This document shows, piece after piece, positions 18,622 to 27,914 of a stretch of DNA of 63,947 nucleotides. Made by a program: the position numbers and the translations under genes. The notes under the pieces were generated by a model. The model ran no database searches, had not been told where the DNA came from, and worked only from the letters and a program-made list of their open reading frames with translations. Position 1 is the first letter of the stretch, and each line of letters opens with the position of its first letter. Origin of the DNA: a virus (Duplodnaviria > Caudoviricetes); the IMG/VR virus record IMGVR_UViG_3300022602_000092, positions 1 to 63,947 of that record; one strand, given 5' to 3'.

Positions 18622-18873
18622 TTAGAACATCTTTTTGGGCAGAGCCTGTGCTTCTAATTTCTTTTGCCAACGGCGCTTTGCGGCATTTTTGGCTTGTTTG
18701 CGTCGAGTAGTGGGTTTGGTATAAAATTCCCGATCCCGTAATTCATTTAGTAGTCCAGATTCTAGAACTTTCTTTTTGAATTTACGTAGGGCCTTGTCCA
18801 CGTTGTCGTATTGCACAATAACCGTGTTACCGGTTACTTTCTTGAAATTTGGTTTATCGTAATAACTCATCAT
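18622..18873 (-). CDS. rpsU: Ribosomal protein bS21
   Basis: VDKALRKFKKKV..SG..ELRDREFYTKPTTRRK. Confidence 0.9.
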   Translation of the reverse strand: MMSYYDKPNFKKVTGNTVIVQYDNVDKALRKFKKKVLESGLLNELRDREFYTKPTTRRKQAKNAAKRRWQKKLEAQALPKKMF

Positions 18874-19164
18874 TTATTTAGTAAAATATTCTGCGGGTGA
18901 TTTTAATAGACAATTGGGCCCGAATCCAATGGGTGTGGGAACTGTGAATTTGAGTTGATTTTCTTGTAATAGAATGGCATCAACTCGGAACATGATCTTG
19001 TTCAACCATTCTAGATCATTCATTTCTTCGTTGTAAAAATATATATTGTACGAGGTTCCGGATTCCTTTACTGCGGTGGCGCAGGCTTGGGCTTCCGGGC
19101 CCGTGGCGCCAATAATCAATACGCTGGTAATATAATCCGGAGGGGTTACAAAATTGCTATGCAT
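18874..19164 (-). CDS. Hypothetical protein
   Basis: Coupled ORF with GGAGG SD. Confidence 0.7.
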   Translation of the reverse strand: MHSNFVTPPDYITSVLIIGATGPEAQACATAVKESGTSYNIYFYNEEMNDLEWLNKIMFRVDAILLQENQLKFTVPTPIGFGPNCLLKSPAEYFTK

Positions 19165-20827
19165 GACGTCCTCCCACTAAATTTTGAACTTGTTGCAGTT
19201 CGATCTCAGTCAAATCATCAATGCTATACTCGCCTGTAGACAGTTTTTCTGCTAGATATTGAATATATGCATCGTTGTAAGCGTATGCTCCTGTGGTTGA
19301 TTTGTTTACCTCAATCCATTTGGTTTCATTCCATTTAAACAGTCTGCTGGGTTTAAAATCAGTACGTAAGTACATGTCTCCGCGAATGGGGTTGTTGGGA
19401 AACTCCATACCAAATCCCGCATTGGGCTTGCGGGTCAACAATGTTTCTATTGAATCTGTTATGTACTGTTCTTTTTTGGGTTCGGGCTCCGGTAGTGGTT
19501 CTCCGGCCAAGTCAGTTACGATCTCGGACTGCGTATCTTTGATCATCTCGACAGATGTTTGTTCCTCCACTACAGGTTCCACAAAAGGTTCCGGAATGTC
19601 TTCGTGTAATTCCTCCTCAAAAGTATATTCAATTGGCGGAGGGGGATTTTTTAAACGCAATAGTTCTTCATTTAATTGATGTAATTCAAATGTTAGTTCA
19701 TCTATTTCAGTACGTAATGACAATTCTCGTTGTTGTATTTGTTGATTGGACTCGGCCATGCGATCATAGTCTTCTTGATTTTGTTTTACAAACTCAATTA
19801 AGTCATCACGATCCTTTTCAACCAATGCTACTTTGGCTTCTAGTTCTGCAACACGGGGATTGGGTCTTACAACATCAACTTCAGTGGATAGTGCCTCTGA
19901 TTCCTGCACATTAAAAGCAGGTAGTTCAATTGCGGGGTTAGTATGTTGATCTTCTGCTCGTGCTTGTTCCACGGCATCGTCTAGCGTTGGGGATGTTTCA
20001 TGAGATTTAATTTGTTCAATTTGGTCCATTGTTAATGGGCCGTCATCTTGTTCATATTTTGCTTGTTTGTCTTCTCTAATCCAAGCAAATGTCATTTGTG
20101 CCGCTAACAACATCACAACTGCCAAGGGATCAAATACAATAACGATTAGGATAATAACCCAAGTCACTGCTCGTTCTAGAATCGACGAATCCGGGTTCGA
20201 ACCATATACAAATGCCGCAATATACTTAATCGGTCCAACTTCTGCCTCGACCTTACGGTTCTCAGCCCGAACAGGTGCCGATTGGTCATTAAGCTGACTA
20301 ATGATGACTTGGTTGGTTTCAATGTCCTTGACAAGCAGGTTTCGGTCACGTTGCTGAGATCGACGTATAGTTGCGGCTTTCTCCGCTCCCTTTTCTGAAT
20401 CTGAGCGTGCCATGATTTGGTCCACTGCCTCATCCATTTGTCTAAGTTGCTTGCGGTCGGCTTCAATGTTTTCTCGTGCAGTTTTAATTCGTTCGTCATA
20501 TATTGCTACCTTTGCTTGTACATCACCACTTACTAGAGTTTGATCACTGTGTGCTTTGGAGAGATAGCCAAAAATACCCAAACTGGTTATAACCATTAGG
20601 ATGGCCACTGCGGAGACTGCATACCATTTCATTAACAAGGGCAAACGTGGCCAATGTGCTTTGACCCAGCTTGCAGTTACCAATTTACCAACTTCTAGGC
20701 TTACGCCCATTATGGCAATTGGTATTGCGGCAGCGGAAAATATGGCCATTAAGCCCATTACTGAGTAGTAAATGGCTACGCCTGAAATGGTTAGTCCGGA
20801 AAGTAATAGTAGAACGGCAAGTATCAT
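19157..20827 (-). CDS. Multi-pass membrane protein with coiled-coil and acidic C-terminus
   Basis: Three N-terminal TMs, EAEVGPIKYIA, VFDPLAV TM, coiled coil. Confidence 0.8.
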   Translation of the reverse strand: MILAVLLLLSGLTISGVAIYYSVMGLMAIFSAAAIPIAIMGVSLEVGKLVTASWVKAHWPRLPLLMKWYAVSAVAILMVITSLGIFGYLSKAHSDQTLVSGDVQAKVAIYDERIKTARENIEADRKQLRQMDEAVDQIMARSDSEKGAEKAATIRRSQQRDRNLLVKDIETNQVIISQLNDQSAPVRAENRKVEAEVGPIKYIAAFVYGSNPDSSILERAVTWVIILIVIVFDPLAVVMLLAAQMTFAWIREDKQAKYEQDDGPLTMDQIEQIKSHETSPTLDDAVEQARAEDQHTNPAIELPAFNVQESEALSTEVDVVRPNPRVAELEAKVALVEKDRDDLIEFVKQNQEDYDRMAESNQQIQQRELSLRTEIDELTFELHQLNEELLRLKNPPPPIEYTFEEELHEDIPEPFVEPVVEEQTSVEMIKDTQSEIVTDLAGEPLPEPEPKKEQYITDSIETLLTRKPNAGFGMEFPNNPIRGDMYLRTDFKPSRLFKWNETKWIEVNKSTTGAYAYNDAYIQYLAEKLSTGEYSIDDLTEIELQQVQNLVGGRHA

Positions 20828-20868
20828 AGTAGTAAAAGAGTGTTAGTCGCTTATTCTACTATGATACT
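20820..20868 (-). repeat. 13-bp perfect inverted repeat covering a start codon
   Basis: AGTATCATAGTAG (20820-32) / CTACTATGATACT (20856-68). Confidence 0.8.
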
Positions 20869-20890
20869 GCATTAAAAGCAACAGGTTTGG

Positions 20891-22912
20891 TTAAATGGTA
20901 TTGTTACCAATTGCAGTTACAAATAGATTGCCCGTTGTTCCGTCGAAATTAAAATATTTGATATACATACTTTGGTGTGATGTAACAAAAATACTAGCAC
21001 CGTTTGTAGATTGCCCGCTAGACACCCCGTGATTGAACTGTGTGCTGCCGCCAGCCGGACTCATTACCAGCACTTCCACTGTTTTGCCTATTGTAGTTGC
21101 TAGGTTGATCAAATTGGCAGTGAGAGTTGTACCGGGCCCGGTTGTGTGTACATGTATCAAATCGTCTGTATCAAAGTTGATTGGAACCACATTGGCCACT
21201 AGGGTGGGCTGTGTTGCATTGTGGGTAATACCCTTGGTTGAACTAAAAGTCCCATTAACAGCAACATTGCCTGTGGTCAATGTCTTACCCGCGGCCATAA
21301 CAGTGTTAAGATTCAGTACTAAGTTAGCAGTAGAACCAGTTGACCCGATCTGTATATCAATGTTGCCTGTAGCGGATTGGATTGTGTTATCGACAAACTT
21401 TAATTGACCAACTTGTAACTGGTTGGCTCCGTTGATTTGTAACACACCGTTTGTAACAGTAAGTTCTGCACTTATTGCGGCGTTAGCAGTATCTTGGATG
21501 TATATTGATCCCGGACCAATATAGACACTCTTCCATTTTCTGGTCTCACTACCAAGGTAATATGTATTATCAAGGCTAGGAGTTAAGTTACCGCCGATGT
21601 TGCTGTCTGCGGTTAAATTAATACCTGCAAAGGTCGGAGTGGCATTTGCAGAAACATCCTGCCCAATACTAACAGTAATAGCACTGCCTAAACTAACAGT
21701 GCCACCGCCCGTGACGCCTGTTCCTGAGTTTACTGTGACTGTTGAATTTTGTAATTTAACGTTTTGTATACTGCTTGCAGCCAATGCACCGATAACATCA
21801 GCATTGCTTAATGTTATAGCACCAGTACGTGTATTGAATGTTGTTACTCCGTTGGCGCCGACTGGAATTCTTTCCCAAGTTGCACCGTTATAAATTACCC
21901 AGTCGCCTGCAACAAAAGTAGACCCTAGGTTGGTACCACCGGTAGTAACTGCATATTCATATCCAGTTGTACCTACGCCATTGGCCAGTGTTGGTACGTT
22001 GGTATTAGCGTTCCATGTGCCTTGATAACTTACTCCGCCTAACAACGAAGTAGGAATTTGTGATAATGTAAGTCTACTTGCGCCGTCTAATGTAGCAACA
22101 CCGCTGGCTGCGCCCAGTTGTGTTAATGGGATAGCCGCAGTACTCTGAGTTGTTGCGTCAGCAAAAGTAATACCACCACTGTCTATTGTTAAACTACGAC
22201 TAACGCTATTGCTATTAATAGCACTAGTCCAAAACTGTATGTTGCTGCCTTGGTTAGTTCCGGTTTGATCTTGGCTGGAAACAAAATCTATACGAGCTGT
22301 ACTTAATGCGGGCCATCCTGCGCTAGTATAAGGAGTAGCACCAACTCGACTAACAACTTCTCCGGACAATACTGCGGAAGGAGCAGTGCTAGATCCATTG
22401 TATCTGCGGCCAATGTATGCTGCATATCCTGCTTGGCCATCATTGTAAATTCTGCTGCTGTTGTTAGGTTGCCCTGTTACGTGGAGTAATACACCAGTAT
22501 TCTGCGGCGCTTGGACTGAATTCGTTGAACTTCCAATAATATCAATGCCCGAGTCAAGGCTATTGACTACTGGTACATAAAAATTAATAGTTTTGTTTGA
22601 TAGACTTTCAATCAGTAAATCACCTGCAGGCGACTCAGTAACAAAATTACCAACTATATACACATTACCTGTGCCATTACTAGCAATAGTAAGATCCTGA
22701 TTTGTGCCAGTGGAACTCATTGTAGCCCCATTGAACACTATATTGCCGATTCTATTACTACCCAATGCGATTGGGTTTCCACCAGGAGTAACCCCGTCAC
22801 TAAGTCTTAGGTTGCCAGTTGACTCATCATAAAACATGTGACCTTTTTCACCGACAAAGGTTGCACCGTTTGTGTTGTTTGCTCTACTAGTAAATAATTT
22901 TTGGATTGCCAT
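20891..22912 (-). CDS. Tail/head fibre-like structural protein
   Basis: N-terminal GE.G..FYD..T..LRLSDGVTPGG; G/S/T/N-rich; YQGTWNANTN and GDWVIYNG modules. Confidence 0.75.
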   Translation of the reverse strand: MAIQKLFTSRANNTNGATFVGEKGHMFYDESTGNLRLSDGVTPGGNPIALGSNRIGNIVFNGATMSSTGTNQDLTIASNGTGNVYIVGNFVTESPAGDLLIESLSNKTINFYVPVVNSLDSGIDIIGSSTNSVQAPQNTGVLLHVTGQPNNSSRIYNDGQAGYAAYIGRRYNGSSTAPSAVLSGEVVSRVGATPYTSAGWPALSTARIDFVSSQDQTGTNQGSNIQFWTSAINSNSVSRSLTIDSGGITFADATTQSTAAIPLTQLGAASGVATLDGASRLTLSQIPTSLLGGVSYQGTWNANTNVPTLANGVGTTGYEYAVTTGGTNLGSTFVAGDWVIYNGATWERIPVGANGVTTFNTRTGAITLSNADVIGALAASSIQNVKLQNSTVTVNSGTGVTGGGTVSLGSAITVSIGQDVSANATPTFAGINLTADSNIGGNLTPSLDNTYYLGSETRKWKSVYIGPGSIYIQDTANAAISAELTVTNGVLQINGANQLQVGQLKFVDNTIQSATGNIDIQIGSTGSTANLVLNLNTVMAAGKTLTTGNVAVNGTFSSTKGITHNATQPTLVANVVPINFDTDDLIHVHTTGPGTTLTANLINLATTIGKTVEVLVMSPAGGSTQFNHGVSSGQSTNGASIFVTSHQSMYIKYFNFDGTTGNLFVTAIGNNTI

Positions 22913-22914
22913 AA

Positions 22915-23055
22915 TTAAATTTCTTTCCCTAAAGTTTTACACTTATCAAAATGATATTGTTTCATTTGTGGCAATCCGCCAATTTTATTACAATGGGGGC
23001 ATTCAACTTTGGGTTTTGGTTTTCTTAAATAGGCATAAACGTAATACGTATTCAT
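22915..23055 (-). pseudogene. Internally deleted homing-endonuclease remnant (46 aa)
   Basis: MNTYYVYAYLR fused to KVECPHCNKIGG..MKQYHFDKCK. Confidence 0.55.
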
Positions 23056-23065
23056 ACAATGTAAA

Positions 23066-23407
23066 TTACGATTCAAATGGCTCGTCTTCGTCAGCTAGTG
23101 CAACCACAACAGGAGCAATACCAGCGTTGCGTTTCATGATTTCCATTTCATCTTCGTGGCCAGCGTCGCACTCGCAAGGGTCACAACCACATTCTTCACA
23201 TGCATGATCGTGTCCTTCTTCTCCGGCTAGTTTTTTCATCAACTCTAATTTTTGTTGTAGTGGGGGAACCATTAGGTTTGATTCTGTGTCGTCCACGTTG
23301 TCGACTTCGACTGCGTGTAGTTGTGCACTTTGATCCTGGTGTGGAACTTGTTGTTCCACAGATGCGATTTTGTCTGCTAGGGCTCTTAATATTTCTGCTA
23401 CGTTCAT
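23066..23407 (-). CDS. Acidic hypothetical protein with CxxCGCxPCxC motif
   Basis: VPPLQQKLELMKK, CEECGCDPCEC. Confidence 0.75.
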   Translation of the reverse strand: MNVAEILRALADKIASVEQQVPHQDQSAQLHAVEVDNVDDTESNLMVPPLQQKLELMKKLAGEEGHDHACEECGCDPCECDAGHEDEMEIMKRNAGIAPVVVALADEDEPFES

Positions 23408-23418
23408 GATCGTTCTCT

Positions 23419-23721
23419 TTATGGGTTTAGATATGTGGTGCTGTTTTGTGATACCGAAGTTGTGTATACATTACCCACTTGAGTAATTGTGATAGCAGCA
23501 GCGGCTCCGCCCACAGGCAATAGGCTCAAGGTATTGCCCAAGCCCTGCATGTTGTAACTGTTTTTTGTATTGGGTTCAATGATCGGAAACTGGCTGGTTG
23601 TAACTGCCGTTCCGTTGATATTGCTATAACAAGCAACATTGGCAAATATGATAACCTTGGTGCTGTTGATAGCAGGTGTGGTTATTGCCGTTGTTGTATT
23701 ATAGGTTAATGTATAAGCCAT
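23419..23721 (-). CDS. Hypothetical, likely virion protein
   Basis: TAAATA + GAGG upstream, Thr-rich beta composition. Confidence 0.65.
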   Translation of the reverse strand: MAYTLTYNTTTAITTPAINSTKVIIFANVACYSNINGTAVTTSQFPIIEPNTKNSYNMQGLGNTLSLLPVGGAAAAITITQVGNVYTTSVSQNSTTYLNP

Positions 23722-23757
23722 AACTAAAAATCCTCTTTTAGTTATTTAGCTGAAATG

Positions 23758-23982
23758 CTAATGTACGCTTTGATCTACATCAACGTTGTCTACGTCAGGA
23801 ATGCCAAATAATTTCAGTATTTTGTTGACATTCTTGGGTGCTTTAAACGGAACATGTTCGGGAAGGAAAATGCTCTTTAGTTCGCCGTTTGAGTCAAGTA
23901 TAAATCCGTAATCTTCGTTGCTGATTTCCCCGGGATATTCAGCGTCTTCGAATTCATCCACTAACATAATATGCTTGCCCAT
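23758..23982 (-). CDS. Hypothetical protein
   Basis: TAAATA + GGAG before MGKH start. Confidence 0.65.
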   Translation of the reverse strand: MGKHIMLVDEFEDAEYPGEISNEDYGFILDSNGELKSIFLPEHVPFKAPKNVNKILKLFGIPDVDNVDVDQSVH

Positions 23983-24022
23983 AATTGACTCCAGTGTTGT
24001 TATAGTATTTACTATTCTACAC

Positions 24023-24619
24023 TTATTCCTGGGCAAAAGTCAAATCCTTTTTAGCATCTGAATAAAATATGTGCCCGCCCGTTCGGGTAATTTTATGCTT
24101 TTGGTGAGCCCAAGCTGGTCGAATATGGACTTCGTGAAAATACTCAGCGTCTGCATATTTGTCACGGAGGTCTTGGTATCCACCTTCAAGAAGTTCTCTA
24201 GCGACGGCAAGGCTATTTTCCCAACGGGAATCGTTATAGTTAATTTTACGTACATTTTCACATCTCCATGAGAATTGGCATACTGCGTGGCTGACCCACA
24301 CAGTTTCGGTCTCTTTAATTTTTGTCACAGTTTTGAAAACCACTCCGGTTGTAACCTGTCGGATATGTGTGACAGTTCGCGGTATAGAGAAAACTGTCTT
24401 TTGATTTACTACACCACAAATTGTGTGTGGATATTTTTCATCGTTGCTTCGGTTAATTGTAACCAGGCCCACTGCCACTTTGCCTTCTTCACTTTCCAAG
24501 CCCGCTTCATAATAAATGTTGCGAGCCAAACAATCTAGGTCCTTGTTGACCTCTGCATGTCCGGGTGCCATTACGGACAGGGCGATGATTGCGAACAAGA
24601 TGTTTAAAATCTTTTTCAT
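24023..24619 (-). CDS. Cell wall hydrolase SleB (Hydrolase_2)
   Basis: Signal peptide; CLARNIYYEA, V..VTINR, CQFSW, GGHIFY. Confidence 0.9.
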   Translation of the reverse strand: MKKILNILFAIIALSVMAPGHAEVNKDLDCLARNIYYEAGLESEEGKVAVGLVTINRSNDEKYPHTICGVVNQKTVFSIPRTVTHIRQVTTGVVFKTVTKIKETETVWVSHAVCQFSWRCENVRKINYNDSRWENSLAVARELLEGGYQDLRDKYADAEYFHEVHIRPAWAHQKHKITRTGGHIFYSDAKKDLTFAQE

Positions 24620-24747
24620 TTTTCGTCCTCCTATTAAAACAGACTTTTTAGAGACTGTAAGTTTATATAACCCCGAGAAATATCAGTAATAGTATACTAT
24701 AACGGGTTATGTGTGTAGTTAATGACAGTTATATGCGTATATAACTG

Positions 24748-26337
24748 CTAGGTAGCCCGGGCAATCTGAACGGATTGATTGGAAACCGACGGTGTCTTCT
24801 TGCCAATTGCAGATGCCAGTGCCAGGTTGTTGCTCTCCAGTAACGCCGCTTTTATGGCGTCTCCGGTGAGGTTGTTTGCGGCAACGTTGGCCAAAACGTT
24901 GACGTGTCCAAGATGTAGATTATCAATTCCATAGCCCGCCAGCGAGTTTGTGAATGATAAAATTGCGCTTACACTTGTACTTCCCGTAGCGGGCAAAGTA
25001 ATTCCCGCCAAGGATAGATTTGTTAATTCTCTTGCCAATTGTCGTTGTGAAGCCACCAATGCGGCATTTGCAGAGTTAATGGTAAAAGAACTTGCTTGAC
25101 TATTGAAGGTTGATATCGCACTGTTCAACGATGACAGTGCGCCAGAAACTCCGGTATTTGTATTATATGCTGCCACCAAATTGGCCACTGCTGAATTTAA
25201 TTGTTGCCCGCTTGAAGTAGATAATATTGATATTAGACTATTATTAATCGAGGTAAATGATTGTGTGTGAGTATTTCCAGCCACGGTGCCAATTAAATCA
25301 GTTATTAATGGATTTCCAAATAATCCACCGCCACTGCCAATTTGCGCCGAGAGACTGGATGTTACTGTAGTGGGTACTGGTTGCGAAATATTACTCAAAT
25401 TGCCAAAGAAGGGAGATTGAATATTTCCAATAAATTCGCTGTATTCTAGATTAGAGGCTTTTACTCCCAAATTCAATAGAGCGTTGGCTAGAGTAGACAA
25501 ATCACCATTTGAATTAATGTTCAAAGCAGTGCAGGCCAGCGAGGGCATTATATTATTAACGTTCAATAAATCAACTAGGGAATTGACATTATTCAATACA
25601 GTAGCATTGGTTAGGGTGATAATTCTTTGTAAATCACTGCCCTGCACATAGGAAAATATATCCAATAATATTGAATCGGGAATAGCACTGAGATTTGTTG
25701 GATCATATCCGGCGACAACAATATTATTGTCAATTCCGTTATTGGTGGTCAAGCCCTGAGATTGCAAACTGGCCACTAAGTTCTTTGGGCCCAATGTTTG
25801 TAGACTGGTAAAATTGTACAAACTGCCAAAGTTTAATAGTCCTTGGCTGATGCTGGATAATATTTGTGCATAGGTAGTTTTGGCAGTCACTGCCTTTCTA
25901 ATACTGGGAGAAATGCTGGTCACACCCTGTGACAGTAGATCATTAAAGTTGGTGACACCTATGCCCAAATTGCCAAATGATATATTACCAAACTGTTGCA
26001 GTCCGGCTGCAAATTCGGAACTGATCCCGGCAAAACTTGACACATTGGAATACAAATTAATAAATGACTGCACAGATGGCAACATCAAACTTGCTTGAGA
26101 ATTAATATTGGATATTGTTCCGCCCAAATTGCTTAAAAATATGGGCAGAGAATTTACAGTTGTGCTCAATCCCGACACGTTGGCTTGTACATTGGCCAGG
26201 CTTAGATATATAACGTTTCCGGCCAAACTATTGGCCTGGACGGTGCTGATAGCCGAAGTCATATTGGCACTGATGGCAAGACCTTGCCCGTTAATTAATC
26301 CGCTGGATGCTATCAGTACTGCCGGTGTTATTGTCAT
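24748..26337 (-). CDS. Putative baseplate/tail structural protein
   Basis: Adjacent to PAAR; S/N/L-rich; ATG 6 nt after TAAATA. Confidence 0.55.
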   Translation of the reverse strand: MTITPAVLIASSGLINGQGLAISANMTSAISTVQANSLAGNVIYLSLANVQANVSGLSTTVNSLPIFLSNLGGTISNINSQASLMLPSVQSFINLYSNVSSFAGISSEFAAGLQQFGNISFGNLGIGVTNFNDLLSQGVTSISPSIRKAVTAKTTYAQILSSISQGLLNFGSLYNFTSLQTLGPKNLVASLQSQGLTTNNGIDNNIVVAGYDPTNLSAIPDSILLDIFSYVQGSDLQRIITLTNATVLNNVNSLVDLLNVNNIMPSLACTALNINSNGDLSTLANALLNLGVKASNLEYSEFIGNIQSPFFGNLSNISQPVPTTVTSSLSAQIGSGGGLFGNPLITDLIGTVAGNTHTQSFTSINNSLISILSTSSGQQLNSAVANLVAAYNTNTGVSGALSSLNSAISTFNSQASSFTINSANAALVASQRQLARELTNLSLAGITLPATGSTSVSAILSFTNSLAGYGIDNLHLGHVNVLANVAANNLTGDAIKAALLESNNLALASAIGKKTPSVSNQSVQIARAT

Positions 26338-26346
26338 AATATGTAT

Positions 26347-26616
26347 TTAACCGATTGTGACGGTGTCGGCTCCGGTGTTGATGGTTCCGGGCCCAACAAT
26401 GGGGTGTGCGGTAGTTGTGCTGGTTTTTACAGCCGCGGGCTTGCCATTGATGGTTACTCCGGATACTAGCCCGCCCACAATAGTCTGCCCATCATTCATT
26501 GTACTGCCCTGTACAGCCGCAGGTTGCCCATTGATAGTAACAGTGTCTGCTACCGCACCTACTATAGTGAAACCCTTGTCATCAGTGTCACCTTTGCGAG
26601 CCGCTGGATTAGACAA
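26347..26616 (-). CDS. PAAR spike-tip protein
   Basis: PAARKGD, VTINGQPAA, VTINGKPAA, TVTIG. Confidence 0.9.
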   Translation of the reverse strand: MSNPAARKGDTDDKGFTIVGAVADTVTINGQPAAVQGSTMNDGQTIVGGLVSGVTINGKPAAVKTSTTTAHPIVGPGTINTGADTVTIG

Positions 26617-26926
26617 CTATCTTGCTCCGTGGTGCTACATCAATGCCTGTGGTGACTTTGGTATAGTGACTTACTATTTGTTCCACAGTGGGTGCACACA
26701 TCATAATGTGTTGTGCCTTGAGTTCGATATTTTCGTTTTCTTCTGCAGTGAACAGGCCGGGTAGTAGGCCGATGCCCTGTTGACTGGCCGCAACCATGTG
26801 AGGACGATTCACAACATAGTCACCCTCCAGACTTTTGCTCACAACCTTGGCCACCATTTCGTCGCCATTGATCAACTTGAATGTAGCAATGTCGCCCACT
26901 GCTATTTTTGATTTTGAGATTAACAT
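26609..26926 (-). CDS. Hypothetical protein (possible Sm-like fold)
   Basis: FKLINGDEMVAKV motif; coupled to neighbours. Confidence 0.65.
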   Translation of the reverse strand: MLISKSKIAVGDIATFKLINGDEMVAKVVSKSLEGDYVVNRPHMVAASQQGIGLLPGLFTAEENENIELKAQHIMMCAPTVEQIVSHYTKVTTGIDVAPRSKIVV

Positions 26927-26927
26927 A

Positions 26928-27173
26928 TTATCCTTTTAGTGTTTGAAAAAATTCTTCGTTTTGTTTGGCCAATCCTGTATAGCCGCCTTCGACCAACAAC
27001 TTACCGTCTTGATAAATTTGCGGAACTGTTCTGTGTCCTTCACTAACAATGAACTCACGTGCACTGGGTGTTTCTTCGATATTAATCTCTTCAAAAGCCA
27101 CACCTTTCATTTTTAATAAATTCTTTGCTTGCACACAATAGGGGCAATTGTTTTTTGAATATACTGTTATCAT
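26928..27173 (-). CDS. Glutaredoxin
   Basis: CPYC, TVPQI, GGY. Confidence 0.95.
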   Translation of the reverse strand: MITVYSKNNCPYCVQAKNLLKMKGVAFEEINIEETPSAREFIVSEGHRTVPQIYQDGKLLVEGGYTGLAKQNEEFFQTLKG

Positions 27174-27191
27174 TATTTTAGTTCCTTTGTA

Positions 27192-27914
27192 TTAATTATC
27201 AGTTTGCAATTTGGCCATTAATAAATTTGCCCAATCCGCATGAGTTTTAAAATCGGGATGGAATCCATCTTCCTGCAGATCATTATTTCGTTTGGCAAGT
27301 TCGTATATACAATCTCTATTGTCAGCAAACACCCAACGACCAAAATCAATTTGATCCACTAGATATTGTAGATCAGGGAATTGACCAATTCCATAGTCCA
27401 ACTGTGCTACCTGTTTGTCAGTGCCCCAATAGTTCACATAACTAGACATTAGATAACGAATATTGCGTTGTTTTAGGTAGTTTTGTGTACTAATCATCTG
27501 CAATAAACTGTCTTGTGCCATAGTGCGTTCGTTGCTGTATTTGTACAAGGGATCAAATATTGCCCGGGTTGCGGGATGATGTTGCCAACTGCCCTGTATG
27601 CCGCCGCTTAGTATATAACTGGTATTGACGCCACTCCAACGCACATAGTCTTTGTATCCCTCCAAGACCTGCATCAAAACGGGATCACTGTGGTCCACTG
27701 AGATGTCTTTGCGAGTTAGTCCGCTCCACATTATAACCACCAAGTCGGGTGTTTGACTATGACTTTCTAATATTGTTTTGTTGCCTATATAGGTGTTGCC
27801 TGCTCCCGGATGCCCGTGATTTTTTAACTCTGCATTGAGCAAATTGGCCAGCATAACTGGCCATCCCTGTTGTTGAGCGTAGGTAAAACTACACCCCACT
27901 GTGCTAACTATCAA
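27192..27914 (-). CDS. SGNH/GDSL-like hydrolase
   Basis: GCSFT, GAGN, DGFHP; paralog of 35472. Confidence 0.65.
   Translation of the reverse strand: MIVSTVGCSFTYAQQQGWPVMLANLLNAELKNHGHPGAGNTYIGNKTILESHSQTPDLVVIMWSGLTRKDISVDHSDPVLMQVLEGYKDYVRWSGVNTSYILSGGIQGSWQHHPATRAIFDPLYKYSNERTMAQDSLLQMISTQNYLKQRNIRYLMSSYVNYWGTDKQVAQLDYGIGQFPDLQYLVDQIDFGRWVFADNRDCIYELAKRNNDLQEDGFHPDFKTHADWANLLMAKLQTDN

Noticed and set aside
11133-18873. Bacterial chromosomal or host-contaminant segment
   Set aside because: Host-like genes are interleaved with phage genes, use the same promoter motifs and lack their usual operon partners
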